Below are positions 27,722 through 32,000 of a stretch of DNA of 32,000 nucleotides, piece by piece (the stretch's first letter is position 1; each line of letters starts with the position of its first letter). A program made the translations under genes and the position numbers. The notes beneath the pieces are model-generated. The model was not told the DNA's origin. It did not search any database and saw only the letters and a list, made by a program, of their open reading frames with translations. The DNA is from Candidatus Saccharimonadota bacterium (GTDB lineage Bacteria > Patescibacteriota > Saccharimonadia > Saccharimonadales > Saccharimonadaceae), in assembly GCA_002421785.1 (NCBI GenBank), contig DIRZ01000002.1, forward strand, positions 1-32,000, in the 5' to 3' direction.

Positions 27722-27913
27722 GGTTCCGGGGGCAGGACATCGCGCGCACTTTGTGCGCACTCCTCCCTGCGGTACTCGCTAAAAAGATGCGAGCACCTTT
27801 TTAGCTCCGTTCCTCGTCCGCCGAACCTTACGGTTCGTGCCCTACTCCCGAAAATCGAAGATATGAATTAAAAAAGCCCTCCAATGGAGGACTGTTTTAA
27901 TTCATCTTGGTTC
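27721..27913. repeat. Island-flanking direct repeat, copy B (18-nt duplicate of the tRNA-fMet 3' end plus the about 170-bp unit)
   Basis: TGGTTCCGGGGGCAGGAC at 27721-27738 is identical to 27908-27925. The rest aligns to 17394-17552. Confidence 0.9.
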
Positions 27914-27982
27914 CGGGGGCAGGACTCGAACCTGCGACCTCGTGGTTATGAGCCACGCGAGCTGCCGCTGCTCCACCCCGGG
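27908..27982 (-). tRNA. Initiator tRNA-fMet(CAU)
   Basis: The reverse complement reads CCCGGGG TG GAGC AGCGGCA GCTC G CGTGG CTCATAA CCACG AGGTC GCAGG TTCGAGT CCTGC CCCCGGA A CCA. The C1/A72 mismatch is typical of bacterial initiators. It closely resembles E. coli tRNA-fMet as I recall it. Confidence 0.85.
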
Positions 27983-28066
27983 ATATCTGGATATATCTTA
28001 TATATACCTTCGGCTGAAGGTAAGACTCGAACATGGTACCAATCTAAGGCTAGCTTGTCAACGACC

Positions 28067-28525
28067 CTACTGACGGTGCAAGAAGAAGTCGACCCATGAC
28101 CGGAAGTTGCGCTGCCAGCCTGGTTGGGCATTGGCGGCGGTAACCTGTTCGTCATAGCCGGGCAAATCCACGGTGTGGGCCAGCGCAACGTCGCGCGGAA
28201 CGATCAGCTCGGTTTCGCCCGGTTTGGCTAAGCCGAAGTTCTGCCTGGCGGATAGCTCCAGGTATTGGTTGGTCTTGTAATATTCGTTCTCTAGCCGCAG
28301 GTTAGTGTTACCTAGCGACTGCAGATCGGTCTGTTGCTGCAACTCGGCAATTTCCTTCTGCAGACGGTAATTGGTATCGATTGCCTTAACGCCGCTCCAG
28401 CTTACCAGTAGTACTATCACGCCGAAGCCAATCAATCCCAGCACTCTCACATCACGGGCCTCATGCAGATAAGGCTTGTACTCTTTGTATTTGGCATTCA
28501 GCCACTGCTTGAGAAAACGAAACAT
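28067..28525 (-). CDS. Septum formation initiator family protein (FtsB/DivIC-like)
   Basis: It has one N-terminal TM segment followed by a coiled coil (LQKEIAELQQQTDLQSLGNTNLRLENE) and ARQNFGLAKPGE. Confidence 0.75.
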   Translation of the reverse strand: MFRFLKQWLNAKYKEYKPYLHEARDVRVLGLIGFGVIVLLVSWSGVKAIDTNYRLQKEIAELQQQTDLQSLGNTNLRLENEYYKTNQYLELSARQNFGLAKPGETELIVPRDVALAHTVDLPGYDEQVTAANAQPGWQRNFRSWVDFFLHRQ

Positions 28526-28556
28526 ATCCCTAGTAGTATATAACCTGTGCCCAATC

Positions 28557-28565
28557 TGGTATACT
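28557..28565 (+). promoter_or_regulatory. Extended -10 TGgTATACT for the tRNA-Ile2 transcript
   Basis: This position predicts a leader of about 130 nt in front of the tRNA. Confidence 0.4.
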
Positions 28566-28575
28566 CATCCCTGTT

Positions 28576-28705
28576 GCAACCACCCAATTTTTCAAACCAA
28601 GGAGCCTATAACGACTGTTTGAAAAATTGAGAGGAGGGCCGTAGCCGTGGACCGAAGCTTTTGCGATACTTCGCAAAAACAAGGCAATGGCGTACAGACC
28701 GACGA
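28576..28705 (+). ncRNA. Conserved structured tRNA leader element, copy 2
   Basis: It is the homolog of 12391-12515. A hairpin TTTTGCGA-TACT-TCGCAAAA lies at 28659-28678. Confidence 0.5.
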
Positions 28706-28781
28706 GGGGGTGTAGCTCAGTGGTTAGAGCAGCGGGCTCATAACCTGTTGGTCGATGGTTCAATCCCATCCACCCCCACCA
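28706..28781 (+). tRNA. tRNA-Ile2(CAU), predicted TilS substrate
   Basis: The fold is GGGGGTG TA GCTC AGTGGTTA GAGC A GCGGG CTCATAA CCTGT TGGTC GATGG TTCAATC CCATC CACCCCC A CCA. The D loop and TTGGTCG variable region resemble E. coli tRNA-Ile2 as I recall it. The Met versus Ile2 assignment is an inference. Confidence 0.7.
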
Positions 28782-28800
28782 AAATGATTTCAGGCGCGAG

Positions 28801-28847
28801 CCTACTAATAAATAACCCTCTGCGATGGAGGGTTATTTATTAGTAGG
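28801..28847. terminator. 20-bp perfect hairpin between convergent units
   Basis: The arms are CCTACTAATAAATAACCCTC and GAGGGTTATTTATTAGTAGG with loop tgcgatg. It covers the stop codon of ORF 28840-29136. There is no clean U-tract. Confidence 0.45.
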
Positions 28848-29136
28848 TAGCAACGGTGTACACCTTGCCGCGCTTGCCCATACGAATGTGAGAGCAGCCA
28901 GTACCGGGTGTAATTTCAAGGGAGCAGTCTGCACAGACAATCGCCTTACTACCGAGCTCACGCGTAATCCGGCGAGTTACTGCCAGCACCTCATTGCCAG
29001 CATCTACGTGCTCATTAAGGTCATCACCGTCAATAGCGTACCCCAAGTCACGTAGTGAGTCTGGGTCACCACCCATCGCTCCAACCGTTCGCAGGTTGTC
29101 GTAAAAGGCTTCGATTTGTTCTGACCTTTTTGTCAT
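28840..29136 (-). CDS. Hypothetical 98-aa protein with C-terminal Cys cluster (CADC...GC)
   Basis: The ORF is preceded by a consensus promoter. I recognise no family. Confidence 0.55.
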   Translation of the reverse strand: MTKRSEQIEAFYDNLRTVGAMGGDPDSLRDLGYAIDGDDLNEHVDAGNEVLAVTRRITRELGSKAIVCADCSLEITPGTGCSHIRMGKRGKVYTVATY

Positions 29137-29171
29137 AATTTCATTATAGCATAAACTGTATGGAATGTCAA
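29137..29171 (-). promoter_or_regulatory. Consensus sigma70-type promoter with a leaderless start
   Basis: The minus strand reads TTGACA-ttccatacagtttatgc-TATAAT-gaaatt-ATG. The spacer is 17 nt with a TGc extension, and the -10 box is 6 nt from the ATG. Confidence 0.7.
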
Positions 29172-29185
29172 TTGATAGACAGTTA

Positions 29186-29210
29186 CAAAAAAGCCCTCCT
29201 GAGGGCTTCC
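29186..29210 (-). terminator. Intrinsic terminator (minus strand)
   Basis: The minus strand reads GGAAGCCCTCAGGAGGGCTTTTTT. Confidence 0.7.
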
Positions 29211-29386
29211 AACACGGATAGCCCTAGGGGGACTTATTTGGCACCTGTTTGTTTGTATTCCTAGCATACTATGCAGTTGCCATAAGCACAAGCAAAATAC
29301 ATAACTACTTATCCACATAGGGTGGCAACCAAACTAAAGGGACTCACCCGTAAAGATGAGCCCCGATAGCTGTGAATCGAATTGAA

Positions 29387-29593
29387 CTATTTCTTCTTAG
29401 AAACAGTAAGGAAACCGTTGCGTGGGTTTTCTTTAACAACGCGGTCTTCTGGAAGGTCTACTGGAGTACCTTTAGCGTTTTTTTCTACCTTTGCGAAAAA
29501 GTAGATAGTTTGTGGTTTACCACCGCGAAGAGTAACTTCGGTCTTGTGTAGGTAGTAGGTTACGCCCTTTGAGTTAGTGTGTTTGTAAGCCAT
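29387..29593 (-). CDS. Small basic 68-aa protein, unknown function
   Basis: AGGAGG lies 9 nt upstream of the ATG. The sequence is MAYKHTNSKGVTYYLHKTEVTLRGGKPQTIYFFAK... Confidence 0.65.
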   Translation of the reverse strand: MAYKHTNSKGVTYYLHKTEVTLRGGKPQTIYFFAKVEKNAKGTPVDLPEDRVVKENPRNGFLTVSKKK

Positions 29594-29629
29594 ATGGTTT
29601 TATACCTCCTATTAGCATCTTACAGAGAT

Positions 29630-29658
29630 AGCTTATCGTGCTTCGTAGGTAGTGTCAA
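29630..29658 (-). promoter_or_regulatory. Promoter TTGACA-N17-TAAGCT for the 68-aa gene
   Basis: The minus strand reads TTGACActacctacgaagcacgaTAAGCT. Confidence 0.5.
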
Positions 29659-29688
29659 CACTTTACACCCCTAGTAATGTAAGAACTG

Positions 29689-30321
29689 TTACATTTCCCG
29701 ATAATGGTACTTCAAGAGGATACGCAAAATGACCATGCTAATCATGCGAATAACGATAATAAACATGAGGCCAAAACAGATAACAATTGACCAACCAGCA
29801 AAGTCTGGAGACCATGCGGGCGAGACAAAGCTATACCGGTACTGCGCAGCGCTCGGAAGCTGCAATTCGGCCGAAGCAATTTCGTCGGCAGGATGTTTGT
29901 TAAGTTCGTCCACATAGCAGCGCACGTATGCCGGGGACCACCCGTTAAATTGGGGTTTACAGACTTCATCGGCCGCCCGACGAATTTCAAGTGCCTTAAC
30001 CGAGCCGCTGCTGCTCGCCTGGGTGGCCTGCCGCTCCACGTCACGGTTGTACTGTTCCTGTAGGTAGAACACCCCTGTATTGGCATTCATGTGCGCAGCA
30101 GAGTACCGCTGTAGATCGTAAATACGTGCAGCAATGTCATCGACGTTCCCTGTTTTATCGGCTGCAGCCACTGCGTGACGCCGGGCAACCATGCCAGTGT
30201 TGTTGAGCCGCAGGAAGGTGGCAGCGAGGAATACCATCAGGATAAGCAGCACGACAAGCCGCCAGGTTTTTACCTGTTGCAACCGCTTGATACTGCGACG
30301 TACCTTGCGTTTATCTGCCAC
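29689..30321 (-). CDS. Hypothetical bitopic membrane protein (N- and C-terminal TM)
   Basis: It is a 210-aa ORF with no motif that I recognise. Confidence 0.5.
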   Translation of the reverse strand: MADKRKVRRSIKRLQQVKTWRLVVLLILMVFLAATFLRLNNTGMVARRHAVAAADKTGNVDDIAARIYDLQRYSAAHMNANTGVFYLQEQYNRDVERQATQASSSGSVKALEIRRAADEVCKPQFNGWSPAYVRCYVDELNKHPADEIASAELQLPSAAQYRYSFVSPAWSPDFAGWSIVICFGLMFIIVIRMISMVILRILLKYHYREM

Positions 30322-30364
30322 TAAAGTTTCCCCACCGTCATGCTACGATACAGTATACCAGGAA

Positions 30365-31573
30365 TTACTTGGCTGCGCGATGAATGAGCAGGAGTAACAA
30401 CCCATAAAAGGCCGCAGCCACAAACATCGCCATCATCCCCTCGCGTAGTCCAAACATCATCATGCAGACATACAAGGTAAAGCAACCGAGCGCCGCACCG
30501 AGACTGAGTATCATTTCGATAAACATCATGTAGGTAATGCGGTAGCCGGAACTATCGGCCACATCAAAAATCACGCGCGTGAGCGGCATCACATAGGCAC
30601 TCGTAGCGATTTCGTTGGCAGTATTGATGCCCATTACCCCAGGAGCTGACGTGACGAATGGTCGGAAAAGGTGGATGACCATATTTGCTGCAGCGCCAAC
30701 AACTAGCAGAACACCGCCCTTGTGCCTATCGACAATTTGGCCAAATGTCCAAGCGGCGATCATGCCAATGAACACTCCGAGTGAAGCGAGCCCTCCGAGA
30801 GCAGCGTAGGTAGCATCGCCATAATTTTCAAACACAAATAGCGTCATAAACAACGTCCAGGTCATGCCACTGGCCACAAAATCAAACCCTATCACGCTTT
30901 CAGCTGCGAGGCTTGACCGCGCGAGGCGCCAAGGAAACCCAGCGATACGCAGTTTATTGCGCGTCATCGTTGGTTCTATGGTCTTGAACAATGGCACCGC
31001 GGCCACAATGAGCATCACGCTCGCGACGATAATAGTGACCTGCGGACCGTACACCGATGCGATAACCCCACCAACGATTGGGCTGACAATTCGCGCAATT
31101 TTGTCGAAAATCTGCATTGTGCCGATTTCTTTGCCGGCATGTTCACTGTTCTTAACTTTTGAAAAATCCACCATATAGCAAAGATCATAAATGGTCGATG
31201 CTATTTGCTGGAATACCCCGAAGGCAACAATCGCCCAAAACCCAAACTCCGGTACCAACAAAAAGGCCACCATCGATGGAATGCGAACGATATTCGCAAG
31301 AAGTATGCCATGCTTTGGACCAAAGTATGCCGCATATTTGGCGGCCACAATCGAAAATGGTACCTTCAGCAGATACAAAACACCGTAAAAGAGTACGATA
31401 AACTCGACCGCATACCCGAGCTTGTACAAATAAACGGCCGCGAATAAATTCACAATGTTAACCGCAAATATCGTCAGAAGGCGTGACGTATAGAGTTCTG
31501 CAATTTCATCAAACGAAACAACACGCCAATAATGGCGACCGGCAAAAATTCGGTTTATCATCACTTTAAACAT
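30365..31573 (-). CDS. MFS-type transporter
   Basis: The 402-aa protein has about 12 TM segments in a 6+6 arrangement. The call is by topology only. Confidence 0.65.
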   Translation of the reverse strand: MFKVMINRIFAGRHYWRVVSFDEIAELYTSRLLTIFAVNIVNLFAAVYLYKLGYAVEFIVLFYGVLYLLKVPFSIVAAKYAAYFGPKHGILLANIVRIPSMVAFLLVPEFGFWAIVAFGVFQQIASTIYDLCYMVDFSKVKNSEHAGKEIGTMQIFDKIARIVSPIVGGVIASVYGPQVTIIVASVMLIVAAVPLFKTIEPTMTRNKLRIAGFPWRLARSSLAAESVIGFDFVASGMTWTLFMTLFVFENYGDATYAALGGLASLGVFIGMIAAWTFGQIVDRHKGGVLLVVGAAANMVIHLFRPFVTSAPGVMGINTANEIATSAYVMPLTRVIFDVADSSGYRITYMMFIEMILSLGAALGCFTLYVCMMMFGLREGMMAMFVAAAFYGLLLLLIHRAAK

Positions 31574-31594
31574 ATGTGTTTTTGTTCATTCCAA

Positions 31595-31633
31595 CCCTCA
31601 TAGTATAGCATACTGCTCATGCTATACTGAGGG
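31595..31633. promoter_or_regulatory. Palindrome made of two back-to-back TGCTATACT promoters
   Basis: The sequence is CCCTCAtaGTATAGCAT-actgctc-ATGCTATACTGAGGG. One -10 box faces the MFS gene and the other faces murC. Confidence 0.5.
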
Positions 31634-31634
31634 C

Positions 31635-32000
31635 ATGAACATCTACTTTTCGGGTATTGGTGGCGTGGGGCTGGGGCCTCTTGCCGAAATCGCGCGGGAT
31701 GCCGGACACACGGTCCGTGGCAGTGACGCGCACGAAAGCCTCACTACAGCCGAACTGCAAAGTCGCGGCATCACGGTTAGCAACGATCAGTCAGGCGACT
31801 ACCTTGCCTACTGCCACGTGCAGCAACCCATTGAGTGGCTAGTGTATACTTCTGCCCTCCCCGACAACCACCCCGAACTCGTAAAAGCACGTCAACTTGG
31901 CATCTACACAGCCAAGCGTGATGAGTTAATTAATTACATCATCAAAGAAAAGAACCTGAAGCTGATTGCCGTCGCCGGTACCCATGGCAAAACAACAACC
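31635..32000 (+). CDS. murC: UDP-N-acetylmuramate--L-alanine ligase (Mur ligase), N-terminal part
   Basis: This ORF is missing from the track because it has no stop in the window. My translation reads MNIYFSGIGGVGLGPLAEIARDAGHTVRGSD...LIAVAGTHGKTTT. Confidence 0.8.
   Translation, partial: MNIYFSGIGGVGLGPLAEIARDAGHTVRGSDAHESLTTAELQSRGITVSNDQSGDYLAYCHVQQPIEWLVYTSALPDNHPELVKARQLGIYTAKRDELINYIIKEKNLKLIAVAGTHGKTTT

Noticed and set aside
27739-27907. tmRNA, SRP RNA, RNase P RNA or a known ribozyme as the identity of the 170-bp unit
   Set aside because: It has no T loop, no tag ORF and no conserved SRP (GGAAGCAGCC-like) or RNase P (GAGGAAAGTCC-like) blocks. It has no hammerhead or twister core that I can see. 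It is also present twice.
28015-28066. Possible extra tRNA suggested by GACTCGAAC upstream of tRNA-fMet
   Set aside because: No acceptor or T stem can be formed. The region is better read as a hairpin (TACCTT-cagccg-AAGGTA) plus a TTGACA-N17-TACCAT promoter for the tRNA.
27677-28099. + strand ORFs 27677-27871 and 27884-28099
   Set aside because: They run through the terminator, the repeat unit and the antisense of tRNA-fMet, so they are not credible genes.
1-32000. CRISPR arrays, rRNA genes, transposases, integrases, reverse transcriptases and known defence-system gene pairs
   Set aside because: I found none by eye. The only repeats are the Rhs junction repeats, the island-flanking repeats, the tRNA leader pair and the tRNA fragments.

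Overview
The window is a compact bacterial chromosome segment of roughly 50% GC. Its core is housekeeping genes: lepA (partial), murJ, ftsH-tilS, an ITPase-family enzyme, a Nudix hydrolase, maf, an FtsB/DivIC-like gene and murC (partial). Transporters and small membrane proteins sit between them. The gene content, an isolated VirD4/TraG-like ATPase, a Sec-dependent WapA/Rhs-type toxin and many leaderless-type promoters would fit a reduced-genome, Gram-positive-like lineage such as Patescibacteria/Saccharibacteria. That taxonomic guess is inference only.

Four things stand out.

1. **Polymorphic-toxin island (about 17553-27720, roughly 10.2 kb).** It holds a 2378-aa Rhs/YD-repeat protein with three PA14-like domains, its cognate immunity gene, two orphan toxin-tip/immunity cassettes and decaying immunity genes. 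The cassettes are joined by a perfect 151-bp repeat. The island is bracketed by about 190-bp direct repeats that contain the 3' end of the adjacent initiator tRNA.
2. **Nested tRNA-Met locus (12516-12765).** A complete tRNA-Met gene, held in a 14-bp helix, sits inside a second tRNA-Met gene. The outer gene is further interrupted by 57 nt at the canonical 37/38 position.
3. **Shared tRNA leader.** An approximately 110-125-nt non-coding leader precedes both the tRNA-Met locus and tRNA-Ile2(CAU).
4. **Leaderless-type promoters.** At least nine genes carry a -10 box only 6-8 nt upstream of the start codon.

I found no CRISPR array, rRNA gene, transposase or integrase.
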